NCBI GenBank assembly: GCA_051362555.1
Contig: CM120644.1
Location: forward strand, 7,882,954-7,946,953
Source: Lingula anatina
Taxonomy: Eukaryota; Animalia; Brachiopoda
Length of the DNA stretch: 64,000 nt
Direction: 5' to 3'
Shown here: piece after piece, positions 27,378 to 39,811 of the stretch
Layout: every line of letters begins with the position of its first letter
Position numbering within the stretch: the first letter of the stretch is position 1
Translations under genes and position numbers: made by a program
Notes under the pieces: generated by a model
The model's input: the letters and a program-made list of their open reading frames with translations, nothing else
Told to the model about the DNA's origin: nothing
Database searches by the model: none

Positions 27378-30300
27378 AACTCCAAGATTAAAAGTTTGAA
27401 TAGCAGCTTCATTGGAATTATATTTACCTCTGCCAAGGAGGTTATATTTTCACCCCTGTTTGTCATCAACATAACTCAAAAAGTTATGGACCGATTTTGC
27501 TGAAATTTTCAGGAACTGTCAGAAGTGGGCCAAAGAGGACAATAATCAATAATAATCAACAATTGCTACCTTGGCAGAGGTCTGCACTCTCGGAGCGCTT
27601 TTCTAGTTTTGTTATGTTTTCCTTTATAATTTTTTCTCAAACACTTGCATTTGTGACTTTTAACTCTCATCCGCCTGAGGCTCTGACATTTCTGTATTTC
27701 CACATAAGCAGTTGTATTGTTTTTTATGTATTTAAACATTATGTTACTAATGTAATATTATTTTATGCACTGTCATCATTTTTCAAATATTGAGACTTTC
27801 ATCATGTGAATTTAAACTCATGGTCCTGAAACTGTAATCTTATTGAAAGGGTAGATTGAGACCATCTTCTGGGTCTTCCGGAAGACAGTCAGGTTATTAA
27901 GTTTATATTGCCTGGTATCTATTTTTTCTTCTGTTGGAAGACCATCAAAATGGAGGATGGATCAAAATAGATACTTTGGAATACTGTCAGAAAATATCTC
28001 TGGGTCCGCTCATGTTATTGACCATTTTACCTGTTGTGCATGATTAAAATTCAGTGTTGACTGACAGTGCTATTATAAGCATTATTTATTATTGCATCAA
28101 AATTGACAAAATTACCTATTTTGCATCTTTATTTTCTGTTTTTTGTCTGTACATTTGACAGCTTTGCTGCCTTGTTTATACTCACGTATGTAAAACTGCA
28201 CATTTAGTAAACATTCAAGTAATGATTTTTCCCATGCTACTTATAGCAAACAATGCTCTTTTACCTTGATCTGCTACATGTTTTTGGGTTTGACAAAGCA
28301 TACAAATTTGCAACAAGTTTTGTGTGCAGACGCAGAACTTGTATTTCAAGGTATAAAATGATAAATCTTTTTAATTATTTTATACTTCAGATGAAATAAC
28401 CTTCAGAAACAAATCCTCAAAGCATAAACGAATTAGGATTACGAACCATTTTAGTACATAAGTTCCTATTTTTTTCTTTAATATACCGCTCTTTTTTTCT
28501 GTTTGTTCTTCAACACGTTTTCTTCCACGGAAGTAATGCCTGGGCTTGCTTCAAGTTACCCTGACAGATGAAATAATCTTCAGAAACAAATCCTCAAAGC
28601 ATAAACGAATTAGGATAACGAACCATTTTATCACAGCAGTTCCCATTTTTTCTTTAATATAACGCTCTTTTTCCTGTTTTTCCTCAACACGTTTTCTTCC
28701 ACGGAAGCTTCAAGATACCCTGAGAGCAATTACTTTTATTAATGTTCGCGACGGTGTTTGAACTCAATTGTTTAAATATTGATATTAAACGTCATTTACA
28801 AATACCAATAAAATCACCCCATGAAATAAATGAGATATTTTGAAAAATATGAAAGCCCACCAAGACGATTTTGATACCTGTTATTACCTGGGTTGGGAAG
28901 TGCAGCGGTGCATAATTAACAGGTTTGTTGTAAACGAGCTTTTGGTCAACTACAATGCATTTAAAATGCATCAGCAATCAGTAAGTTTGCCAACTGATGA
29001 CAATTAATCTGAAAGACTACCAGCTCTTGACATGATCTAAACCACCTGAGGTGACCATGATCTAGAGCATCGCAACTATTGTCACCGAAGTTAGTAAGTA
29101 AGTCACGGAAGACCGTCACAGACAAAGAAAGATTGTCAACGAGAGCTGCAATTTTGGTGAATCCCACGGCAACACACCGAGGCATAACGAAAATTCCTCA
29201 ACTCCGTTCAACACAACTTTCCTTAACTTCTCCGTCTGTATGCACCATGCAGCTCAGTTGAGTCTCATAGACCTTTATCGTGATTGTCGTCACAGTACCA
29301 CGTGACCCAGATCTGTTGCTTCATTTATGCATATTGAGGTGAGGTTTACTAAAACGCTTTTTTCTACTAATTAATTGTTTTTTTTTTTAAATAATTTTTA
29401 AATGAGGGGGATCGATTAAAACATACTTCTAGTGTATAGATTGAGTGCTGAATCTTCAGAATTCGAGAAATAGATTTTTATGAGTCTATTCTCCTTTAAG
29501 GATCCTGTAAAGCATCCAGTTTTGCTTTCAGTGAATGGATACCCACCCTCAAATTCAACTGATGCCAGTCAGTGTGTGTCCATGCCAGCATGCCCCCATC
29601 AAATGTATTTCAACCAAGCCAACATCAACCAAGCCCAGGATGCTGCAGCAGACAATGCCTCCTTCAGTCAAACTGGGTATCCAGCCATATTTGTGTCTCC
29701 TGCAGGCCTACTCACTGTGATCCTACGACAAGAAGTCCATGTGGAAATGACAACGGACAGAACAATCCGCGTGGTGAACTATAGGCAAAAGTGTGTTGCT
29801 GCCACCAATGCTCGCGGCACAGCCAACAGCATCTTCCACGCAGCTGCAAAGATATACCAGGAACAGACCACAACGAATGTGGAAGTTTTCTGGGACCGAC
29901 GAGCTCGGTTATCCACAGACTCCATCGTGTTTGCATCTGGGACTGACTGCCACAAGCTGCAGGGCACAAGTGTTAGCAGAAGTGAGGAGGGCTTCTGTGA
30001 TATGTCCCTGGACAACACTGTATCCTTGCTTTATTCTTCGCGTGGATATGGTCCCAGCCTCATCTCCCACCTGGAAGAAGTGGCCCAAAACAGTACTTAT
30101 GAGTTTCACAAGGCAGGTGCAGTGACTATTTTCATAAATGGCATAAAGATCTATCAGGATCCTAAAGGCGACGTTCACGTTTACTCTGGCCCGAAGGTCA
30201 TCAAGACGTCACCGAGTTTTGGGTCAGTCTTTCTGCAGACTCACTTCATCAGTGCATCTGTGGCCCCTAACTGGAGTGTGACTATCCAGCGTGGGGGCAA

Positions 30301-30592
30301 CAGTCTCCATGCCAGCTACCTTGGATTCATACTGTCCAATGAACACGTGGAAACTGGCTTCGATCACAATCGAATTTTTTTCTCTCGAAGAGTCACACCA
30401 AGACGGTACATTCCAGCCGTGCAGATGCCAGCAAATTTTAGATCTCGACTGCGTCCATTTTCCACACGCAGGTTTCAGCATCACCCTAGGTACCCCTCGT
30501 TCAAGCACTACAGATCTAGGTCTGAGACTCCAGTCAGGCGGACTCAGTCCCGCGGAACCCAGCCGAGAAATGGAGCAGACGCCCTGGACTAG
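20677..30592 (+). CDS. Large acidic/low-complexity protein with polyQ and a C-terminal beta-rich domain, resembling Wurstfest (Fest)-like proteins
   Basis: Proposed exons: 20677-20691 (MCKTE, donor gag/gtaagt), 20883-22479 (long open exon, donor acag/gtaaca, phase 1) and 29532-30592 (acceptor tttgctttcag, phase 1). C-terminal domain PAIFVSPAGLLTVILRQEVHVEMTTDRTIRVVN...IFHAAAKIYQ followed by an Arg/Ser-rich tail. The start exon is uncertain: another candidate first exon lies at 18947-19022. The Fest resemblance is from memory only. Confidence 0.7.
22555..23374. mobile_element. PIF/Harbinger-like MITE (~820 bp)
   Basis: TIRs ggccacacttttttatttttatgcatgacatcct / aggatgtcatccataaaaataaaaaagtgtggcc, flanked on both sides by TAA (22552-22554 and 23375-23377). 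A 3-bp TWA target duplication is typical of Harbinger elements. Confidence 0.8.
24536..25115 (+). mobile_element. Helentron/HINE (DINE-like) non-autonomous element with internal ~159-bp tandem repeats
   Basis: T-run, 5' palindrome tgtacagacac-agat-gtgtctgtaca, (gccgat)n microsatellite, then about three copies of aaaacgcaggtcaagttcgaaaatcagcatgatcgggcc..gttatgctgtttttt (~24727, ~24885, ~25044). The 3' end is not recognisable. Confidence 0.6.
25480..27075. repeat. Degenerate satellite-like tandem array, ~338-bp period, about 5 copies
   Basis: Anchor tggcatttt..aag.tg.ga.tt.gaa recurs at ~25526, 25863, 26203, 26531 and 26869, together with tatgctgttaa.cattatgt...gttgcatcaaaat; a further decayed copy lies near 28020-28130. 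Confidence 0.8.
27302..27375. repeat. (TA)n microsatellite, one of several
   Basis: Direct reading; similar tracts at ~8530-8574, 9409-9449, 10210-10257, 33209-33257, 33855-33921, 44289-44367; (AAT)n at 638-675. Confidence 0.9.
27424..27606 (+). mobile_element. Short Helentron/HINE-like element (~185 bp)
   Basis: Starts ttacctctgccaaggaggttatattttc; subterminal inverted copy cttggcagaggt near the 3' end, then hairpin gcactctcggagcgc and a terminal ctag followed by T-run. Confidence 0.65.
27848..28010. mobile_element. Decayed copy of the CAGGGGCGGAT-ended MITE
   Basis: Aligns by eye with 36562-36729 (tcttctgggtcttcc.gaagac..tcag...ctgtcagaaaatatctctgg.tccgc). Confidence 0.65.
28388..28722. 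repeat. Two-copy direct tandem repeat (~177-bp period)
   Basis: cagatgaaataa.cttcagaaacaaatcctcaaagcataaacgaattagga...caacacgttttcttccacggaag starts at 28388 and again at ~28565. Confidence 0.85.
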
Positions 30593-32677
30593 AAATGAGG
30601 CACTTTGTTAGCAATAGCTTGATGCCAGACACAGGGTGTGTTCCACCTGACAATGGACTGTAGGAAAAAAAAAACTTGGTGGATGGGCTCACATCTCTTT
30701 TGTGAAACCATGTAGATATCAGTTTTGTTTTAATTTTTTAACAAAGTTTGCAGAACATGGCCCTGGTGAATACACTAACAAGATCCTGTATTTCGAGGAT
30801 GTTGTTTCGTTTTGACATGTTATTAGCAAAAAAAGTGAAATGTACATTTTGCTGGGACATAAATACTGAACTCGAGACATCTAGCAGTCACATGGACAAG
30901 CACACTGCAAGGAAATAAAAATTTAAGAGCATTTAGCAGATTTCCCAGAGCTGTTTTGATGAGTTTTGACATTGAAGGACCATTTTGCTTCCAAGTATCT
31001 TGTTTAAAGGGATGCATTTAATATACTGGGTGACCACTTTGTGAGGCAATGACCTATCAGAAATGCAAACAATGTACATATGTATATAGCAATATTAAAA
31101 AAAAAATCAAATCCCACCACAACCTCTCTCCAGTAGAATGCACGGAAACTTTTTTCAAATTCTTATTTCTGCTCTTGTTTCTACTTGGAAAATATTTTAA
31201 TTAAGCAAAATATACTATAAAAAAAAAAAAAAAAAAAAAAAAAAACTGTGTGAAATATCAATGCTCAAAACTATAATACTTTAACCACATACTTCACATT
31301 GGCTCTCTCATTATAATTGTTATCATCATTATTGCAGAGTTTTTTTTTTTTTTTTAATGTTGTTGAGTAAAGCTACAAAATGCTGGTCTTTGTTGGTCTT
31401 TTTTCTAATATTGAAACTAAGGATACTGTAATGTAATAAAAAATTTATTTTCTTATTTACACACCAAAGTTTCTTTCTCTACAGGTACCACTTCAAACCC
31501 TTTTCAAATTCAAATCAATGAATCTAAATCATCTGATAGTTGTTATTTATCAACTACTCTAAGAAGTTACAATTCAAGTCTGTTATTGAGTGATTCTTGT
31601 ACTAATACCCCTTCAACAGGAATGGTTCAGCAGAACAGCCTAATGGCAATGAGCTGTTTCTTTATGAAGGCTTTGTGTAACTGACCACATATCTCTTCAA
31701 TAATGCTATGGGTTTTCGTATGTGAAAAAAAGAGCAGGCAGTGAATTAGTACACTACTCTTTAAAAAGAAAAATTACTACAAAAAATCTCTCTGAATAAA
31801 TATGTATTTACCCAATGAAAGGCCCACTGCTTCAGTCATAATTTGTAACCAAATTTTATAAAAGGTGACAGAAAATAGTCTCAATCTAAACTGTTATCAA
31901 AATGTGTTTCCTATAATGATGTCACTAAAATAAATACTGTACTTATCGTTCATATGTAGTTTCATATTAAAATCACCGTCACTCTTTTCATTGACAAGAT
32001 CTTCAAATTTAAGTTCTAAAATTACCATTTCACTGCAGATTTTTAAACATTTTTCAATGTAAAAAAATACTTCTTCCACTACTTAACTAATACTACAATA
32101 AACAATTACTTTTAGTTACCAATTTTTTTCAACACAGATATTTTATTGTCAATAAACCATATCAATGGAAATAAATATATAGTTAAATAAAATAAAAAGC
32201 TACCGACCATACAGGCTTACAAGTACAAAACACATACATTTTTTCTATTTGTTCTTAATTCATACAAAAATGGTTGTGTTCTGTTACCAAGAGCTGTAAG
32301 TGCTATACCATTGTATATGCTGCCTTTAACAAGATAACTCTCACTGTATTTTTAACTACCATGGAAATCGGGTCAAATTCAAACGATTTTGAATTGAACC
32401 ATTTACTTACGACAGTCCACATTCTTCATATCTTTCCCAATTAAAAGACATGTAATGATACAAAGCAAAACTATTTCTGGTATTAGAAAGTCACTTGGTA
32501 CAGTCTGAGAATGTGAGTGTGATTATTCACAATGTAAAAAACTGTACTCTCTTTCAGTGTTTGGGGTTCTCTTTAACATCATTTGCGTAACAATAAATAA
32601 AACACATACAGCACTAATTTTCTGAGAAAAAAAAAGTTCTTGTTTCCTAATTTCCCTGGCCCTACTTGTCATCTTTT

Positions 32678-33199
32678 TCACGTCAGACCAAACCTTTCTG
32701 CCCTCTTCTTCTTTTTCTCCTGAAACAAGTGTAACACACTTACATATTTTTCACAGAAATATTCTATATGTACAGGGATGAGACTGACATTTAGTAAAAA
32801 AGTTGGAAAATATGAAGTGGGGTCCCAGGGTGGCCTAGGCCAATGATATTTTTGACTCCCAAAAAGTCTGAAATCTCCCTGTTTTTCTATGATGTGTTTT
32901 TGAATTTAATTTTCTGTTGCTTCAGTTGTTCAAAATGTGGTTATATGTGACAAAATATGTTAGTTCAAGACAGTCAATTACTTCAGTTTGAGTTTAAGAT
33001 ATAAAGAGGATTGTATATAAAGTGTTGAATATACTATATTACCAATAACTGGTAAATTTATTAACATTCGTTTACCTCGACGTCAGAATTTGTGGTACCC
33101 ACAACCACGCCAAATCTTTCCTTTCTCTTCAGCAACTTCTCTTGTTTATCGACCTTGAGATAAAAGCAAATCTAACATCATATTTCTTTACATTAAAAA

Positions 33200-33259
<60 letters not shown>

Positions 33260-33852
33260 TGCAATTTGTTCTCCAACAGTTTATGAAAGATCTCACAACA
33301 AATGTTACTCTAAACATTCTTGTGGTAAAATTTTTTTCAAGAACAAAATGCCCAATGAACAAAATGATCAGTACTACCTTCCAAACAGAAAATAAAAAAT
33401 AATAAATTTTCAGTCCCTAAAATGTTGGCCTTGTTTGCTTTGAATCAATCTTTTGAAAAGCTTAGCAAACAGTTATAAAATATGTAATACATTTTATTCA
33501 ACAAGTTGTCCACTTGATGAAAATGACATTGTACTTACATTTGACAGAGTGGATGAAGTTGTTATGCCAAATCTCTCTGCTCTTTTCTTCAGCTTCTCTA
33601 AGTCTGCAGCCTGAAAAACATCAATGGCAACTTGTAAAAGTGATCTCTACACAAGTCAATGTAAATATTAAGCCAAAGAAAACAGTTGCAATGAATTACA
33701 AATGCATACGAGTTTTCCCTACCCAGAAAAAATAATAAAACAAATTATCCAAATGAAGCCAAAAGAACTTCTTGAAATCATGCTGTAGTTACTTACTTTA
33801 CTTCATTTTAAATATTTGATGTCAAAATAATGCTTTTTCAATTACAACTGTT

Positions 33853-33923
<71 letters not shown>

Positions 33924-36900
33924 CTACATATCCTTGGTGACACCCGCTGGAGCACTTGATACGTTTCAAGGGGTTACATACTCCTTGAGAATTACAAACA
34001 TTTGATACTCCAAAGCAAGGGACAATACTTTATGATTAATAACTTTTTTTTTGCATATATTTCTAAGTATCAGCAACCTGGGAATCACTTACTGGAGCAG
34101 TTGTTATGTTTCCAGATGTTTTAGTTTTTGTGTCAGCTGGAACTGGAAGCCCAAACCTGAAGTGAAGCAGAGACGAAAATCAATACTTATATGTAAATAC
34201 TTTCAAAGGGAAAAACTGAAAAAATTTTAAAAAGATCAGGTGTACTGCCTTAGGACATGCCTTTTATTTCTCTTAGAGTGATGAAATGGCTGTCAAAAAA
34301 TGTATACACCCTTTTTACAAAAATTGTAGTATTACATTAAACAACTCACTTTTCTGCTCTCAGTTTTTTTTTAGCTTCTTCTGAAACTACTCCAAACTTT
34401 TTTGCCATTTCTGCCAATCTCTGAAAAGGAGAGTTCATCAATAATTCAGTTTCTATTACTTTTTCCATACTAACAATGTGTCAGATGCAAACAGTGAAAG
34501 CTAATGAGGAGGTTATCCTAACTGTAGTCTTTACCCTTAAAACATTATCCATATTCTGCACATCAGCAAATGTATACTTTTTCTATAATAAGAAGAGAAA
34601 ATCTAAGGACTCTTATAATATAGGATAAGGTACACGATTTTCAATTTGCTCAAATCACTGGTAAATTATTGAGGTGGTTAGTGATAGTTACAGCATGAGT
34701 CATCCACATACAAAAGCTTTAAATTATATCGCAGTGCAGAAAGTTACCACAGGATGATTGCACTTGTATTTAGCTCAAAATACAAATGCAATTATCCTTT
34801 GGTGCAAAGTGCCAGCTGTGGGGTAACTGCGTTCATCACTTTACCCTTTATACTGAGTATTACCTCCGCGTCAGTCATTCCTGAGACTTTGGTCACATGG
34901 TCACCGCCCCCGCCAATGGCGTTATTGGTCAGTGTCACAGATTGTCTGAAGAGAATTAATTGGTCAAATAAGTTGCAAGTGAAACCATCTGATAGGCCCA
35001 TATAAAACTCTTTATAAAAATATAAATAAGGCTGAGTTTCAAAGCAATTGGCATGTACACTTTGAAGTATCTTGAGGTCAGAATATCCCAGACAGTAATC
35101 AAATAACTTTGAATTTTTTTTAAAGCATAGTAGAATTGTAATTCTTTAGTACGACCTTTTTAATATCTTAAATAAACCGAATTGTAAAAAATTGCAATTT
35201 TCCACCTCTTCTCTTGCAAAGGTTTAACTGTTACAGGTTTTTTGGTTGCTGTGGTTGGCTGGGCGGCAGGTTTGGGTGGTGGGTCCTCTGTTAATACATC
35301 ATCCAGATCATCCTATAAATGATAATTAGTTCAAGTCAAGTCATCATTGCAGTGACCTCATAAACATTGGTGAAAGTTATAAAAACTGAAAATCCTGACA
35401 TAGCTTGCAATTTTTCATCTCATTTATACCATATGAAAAAACATCAAAATAGAGACTAAAAATCCTGAAAACTTTCACCCATGCATAAATAGTTCATATG
35501 TTAAAATTATCTCAACCCCTGCTCACTTGTGTACTGAAGATGATTTAAAACAGTCTTACATGCATAACAATAATTCAAAATAACTTAATAGAAATACATC
35601 ATACTTTTTCATATGAAACTTCTCATATCATGTATATTTTGCATTAACATTTTGATATAATCTTTAAAATGTTACATCTTGTTGGTAAAAAGTCTAAGCT
35701 ATGCCAGTTATCCAAAAAAATCCATTTTGCTTTTATACTTACATTCAGCAAATCTTCATTAGCTGTAATGAATTAAGACTTCATTAGCAAAATAACAAGA
35801 ATATCTCATGAAATCTAGCTAATTGTGAATTGCTTTAAGGCAAAATATTTCATGAAATCAAAGCTTTTTACCAAAGCAATTTCAGAATTTTATCAATTAA
35901 TTTTGTCCATCTTTTACTTATCAAAGTACAGAAAGATAACTCTTAACTGTGGATAGGAGGATGGAAGCTCGGACTTGCTTTCTATTGTCAAGTGATAAAA
36001 CCACAACTAGACAAGGGGCTTATGCCTTTGAATCTGCTGAGCTTACTATGCCCCAGGCTTCGTCACGGAATGTAAACTACTAGACTAAGTTCAATACATT
36101 TTTAGTACTGCTGAAGACATAAATAAATCAAAAGCTACAATTATACCTGAAGCAAAAAGTTTGACAAAAGTCAGTGCACATCTCAAGAGCAAAATAAAAA
36201 TCAAACGACCACACACATATACATACATACAAACACACACTCAAACAGTAGTATGCACCCACATGTGAAAAACACACACACACACACACATTTACCTGAG
36301 GCAAAGTGTTCCTGTAACCTCTGAACAAGGTCAGCTTTGTTCCCACTAACAGGAAGACCTAAGTTCTTCAGATGTGTCTTCAGATCTGCCACCTTCACAG
36401 GGCAAACAAGATTTACATTAATGCCTCATTTTTTAGAAAATCGATTGTTAACTGCTGGTGATGTTAGGTGATGAGAAATGAAGTGGATGTGCTCATACAT
36501 TCCACCACTTCAAAATGCAGCCTGAGTCAATCTTATCAGCTTACTGCCTACTGGCCATTCACAGGGGCGGATTTAGGCCGTCTTCTGGGTCTTCCAGAAG
36601 ACGGTCAGATTTTTAAGTTTACATTGAGGGGTATCTGATTTTTTCTGTCGGAAGACGATCAAAAATGGTGGATGGATCAACAAAGATAATTTGGAAGACT
36701 GTCAGAAAATATCTCTGGATCCGCCCCTGATTCAGACATATCAGTTTTCATTTTTTTAATTTTTTTTTTCTACATTTTAATGCATCACTGAGTGATGCAC
36801 TGTGTACATTGCAAATTATAAAGGGTCATACATAAATGCACAATACAGGGCAACACAGCACAGTACACTTAAAAAAAAAAGGAAATGGTCATTTGCGAGA

Positions 36901-37583
36901 AAATGGGTGATACCTTACTAGCTTACTGATATAGTTGATTCCAACGTAATGAATCGATACAATTTCTTTACATTGTCTGGCCCTCACCCACGTTGGGCAT
37001 GCAGTCATTGCTGGTGATAGACTCTTCTTGGCAATATGGCAAAGGCCCGCCATAAATAATTAAATTGTATGTGTTCTGCTGCATTGCGCATTTTAGTATA
37101 AACAAATTATAGATGCTTATCATACTGCAAAACTGGTGCGGTGTTGTGCACTTTAGCATGACCAATCATAAATACTTAAAAATGTGCAAAGTAACTGCTG
37201 TACCGCGAATTTAAGAAATAAGTTTTAAATATATCGTGTAGTTTTCTTAGTCTATCACCGCCACATTTACATGGCAAAGCATGTTCATGTTGCCTCTGGA
37301 TTACTAACACCATTATCAGACGCAGAAAGACATTGTACACTACAGGTTTAAAGCTAAAGCTGGGATTTTATCATTATGGAATTATTGCCATTGGTTTGAA
37401 CATGGTAGTTAAATCAGAAGTTTGGGAAATCTAAAATGATCTCTTTAAATCAAGACAAGAAGAAAAGTTCCACCGTGCTACTCACGTCTTTAACATTCCC
37501 TTAAGGATAAAAACATCAACCAAAATGTCCAAATTTACCTTCATTCCCTGCAGATCATCAAGCGTCAGTGCCGAGTCCGCCAT
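32678..37583 (-). CDS. SARNP: SAP domain-containing ribonucleoprotein (SARNP/CIP29/Tho1), 9 exons
   Basis: Exons (minus): 37583-37539, 36392-36296, 35762-35743 (20-nt microexon), 35312-~35206 (donor ambiguous), 34420-34350, 34156-34093, 33610-33539, 33153-33076, 32719-32678. SAP domain MKVADLKTHLKNLGLPVSGNKADLVQRL plus repeated Tho1 motifs RAEKFG, KKRAERFG, KRKERFG, KKRAERFGLT*. Confidence 0.9.
36562..36729. mobile_element. MITE with CAGGGGCGGAT / ATCCGCCCCTG terminal inverted repeats
   Basis: Perfect 11-bp TIRs, flanked by a direct duplication attca (36557-36561 and 36730-36734); lies in SARNP intron 1. Confidence 0.8.
36971..37152 (-). ncRNA. Possible intronic H/ACA-box snoRNA
   Basis: Sense to the host in SARNP intron 1: hairpin (agtatgataagca/ttgtttatact), ANANNA-type box (agaaca), second stem (ggcctttgcca/tgggtgagggcc), then ACA three nt from the proposed end. 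Folded by eye only. Confidence 0.3.
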
Positions 37584-38059
37584 GCTGTTTGGGGTTGTAG
37601 TTACAGGCATTTGTGAGTATCCTTACACTTAACTGTAAATATTGCCTTTATTATTTAATTTTGAATTATTTTTACGACATGTAAGATTCTACTTTATAAG
37701 TGTTCAATAAAAATTGGTCTTTATTATACAGAATCAGTATCAAGAGTCGTTTATGGATAAAGAAATTTATCAAATGCCTAAAGCCTGTGGCAATGTCCCG
37801 GATGTGCGATTTGTTAACCTCCATTATCGAAAGAACTAGCACTCGCAAGTTACCAAATCCTGATTTTATGAACTTTTCATTTCACAATTATACATGAAAA
37901 TGCCCGGAATGTATTTGTGCGCATTTTAGAGTATTTGCAAATGAAGCAGATATATACATTTCTCTACGTACGTTTCCTACAATGTTTTGAATTTGTGTCG
38001 TAAAAAAGGCCAAATAATGAATAATCCACGAGTCAAGGGACCCATGCAATTAACCTCGT

Positions 38060-39542
38060 TGTTATGTACCTTGACATATACGTATGATGAATGTCCTAAA
38101 CTTATATAATTTAGAACGCTTAATTCAAGCGTGGGCTCGAAATAGGACATTACGTTTTAGACTTACTCAGTGGATAACGCAATTTAAAATTCCACGGTTC
38201 GTGTCAGCTTTACGTATGGTCGCGCAAAGAAAACCCAAGTCCACATAATGACCAGTTTAATGGTTTATTGGTTGACGATCTCTAACTACATGTTCTATAC
38301 GTGAAGCCTCCAACTTCTAAGCCGTCTCCCATAGCTCTGTCGAGCGGTCACCTTCGAGTCTTCTTCAGTCTGCCTCCCCGATCTTAATTCTAGACATCTT
38401 TTTATACGTATTTCTTATCTATAGGTGGATTCTGTGCAGCAGTATTTGGCGGTACATACTAATTTTAATTATTCAAATTGCACACGTCCACTTAAGTTAC
38501 ATAACTACAGGTAAGGCCATAAAACGAGTCGAGTGCACAAGCAATCGACTCTAATCAAATTAATTTACGTGTCCGGGAATTATATTTGTGAACACTACAC
38601 GCCTTCCCTTTTTACCAGAAAAAAAAAATACTTTTTTTTTCATTTACAACGTTGGAGACATTCACTCTACATTATATTTACAACATATATACAAAGCGAA
38701 GCACGTTAATAAAAGAACACGTTACAGACAGGCCCGGAGGAAAACCAGAGATAAAACCCTTTATTTCATATCTTTCTTTATCAATTTAGGAAAAAAAATA
38801 GCTCTGGAAACCGGGCAAATGAGCGCCTTATATTTTAAAGTCTTTAAAATTCATTTGAGTCTTTTAGTGTTTAGTCTTTCAATGGAATCATCGGCAAAAC
38901 GGCGGGGTCCACCACTCTCGGCTGTATAGTTACTTGGGTTCCAGGGCGCAGGACTGATAGGTCTAATGGATCGAAGCGCTGGAAACCCTCAGCCTTGGAT
39001 ACGCGGCAGGCGGTGGGTCGGAGGCGATGACACAGGCACGGCGATCCAGGGACCATTCGCTGTCACCTGAAACAAGACACAAGGGAGAATAAACTTTCTT
39101 CGTTATAATAAAGTGGATAACGCAATTTAAAATTCCACGGTTCGTGTCAGCTTTACGTATGGTCGCGCAAAGAAAACCCAAGTCCACATAATGACCAGTT
39201 TAATGGTTTATTGGTTGACGATCTCTAACTACATGTTCTATACGTGAAGCCTCCAACTTCTAAGCCGTCTCCCATAGCTCCGTCGAGCGGTCACCTTCGA
39301 GTCTTCTTCAGTCTGCCTCCCCGATCTTAATTCTAGACATCTTTTTATACGTATTTCTTATCTATAGGTGGATTCTGTGCTGCAGTATTTGGCGGTACAT
39401 ACTAATTTTAATTATTCAAATTGCACACGTCCACTTAAGTTACATAACTACAGGTAAGGCCATAAAACGAGTCGAGTGCACAAGCAATCGACTCTAATCA
39501 AATTAATTTACGTGTCCGGGAATTATATTTGTGAACACTACA
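38060..39542 (-). mobile_element. Internally deleted, recently inserted LTR retrotransposon (non-autonomous, TRIM-like size)
   Basis: Near-identical ~430-bp direct repeats 38169-38599 and 39112-39542 (two mismatches seen). Element ends TG (38060) and CA (39542) with 4-bp TSD tcgt (38056-38059, 39543-39546). Polypurine tract AAAAAGGGAAGGCG on the minus strand abuts the 38599 LTR edge. No gag/pol present. Confidence 0.8.
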
Positions 39543-39766
39543 TCGTGTGCACATTATTCTTTTTTTTATTTTTAAAAAAAGTAATTTGAAGGATTGGAGC
39601 TTTTTTTTACTAGAATTTTCTACGTTTGGACATTGCTACAAAAATTTAAACAGCGTTAGTTTGGTACATCCTTTATACTATCACAATAAATTATAGGCAA
39701 TGGGGGTAGATTTTAATGTCATAATAACTTTCAGACTCAATAAATAAATAGATAAATGCTAATAGC

Positions 39767-39811
<45 letters not shown>

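Noticed and set aside
36449-36541. GTGATGA...CTGA with flanking stem, resembling a C/D snoRNA
   Set aside because: It lies antisense to the SARNP host transcript and no rRNA guide is recognisable.
39040-39055. TGGTCCCTGG as a primer-binding site for the LTR element
   Set aside because: Not adjacent to an LTR end and only loosely like a tRNA 3' complement.
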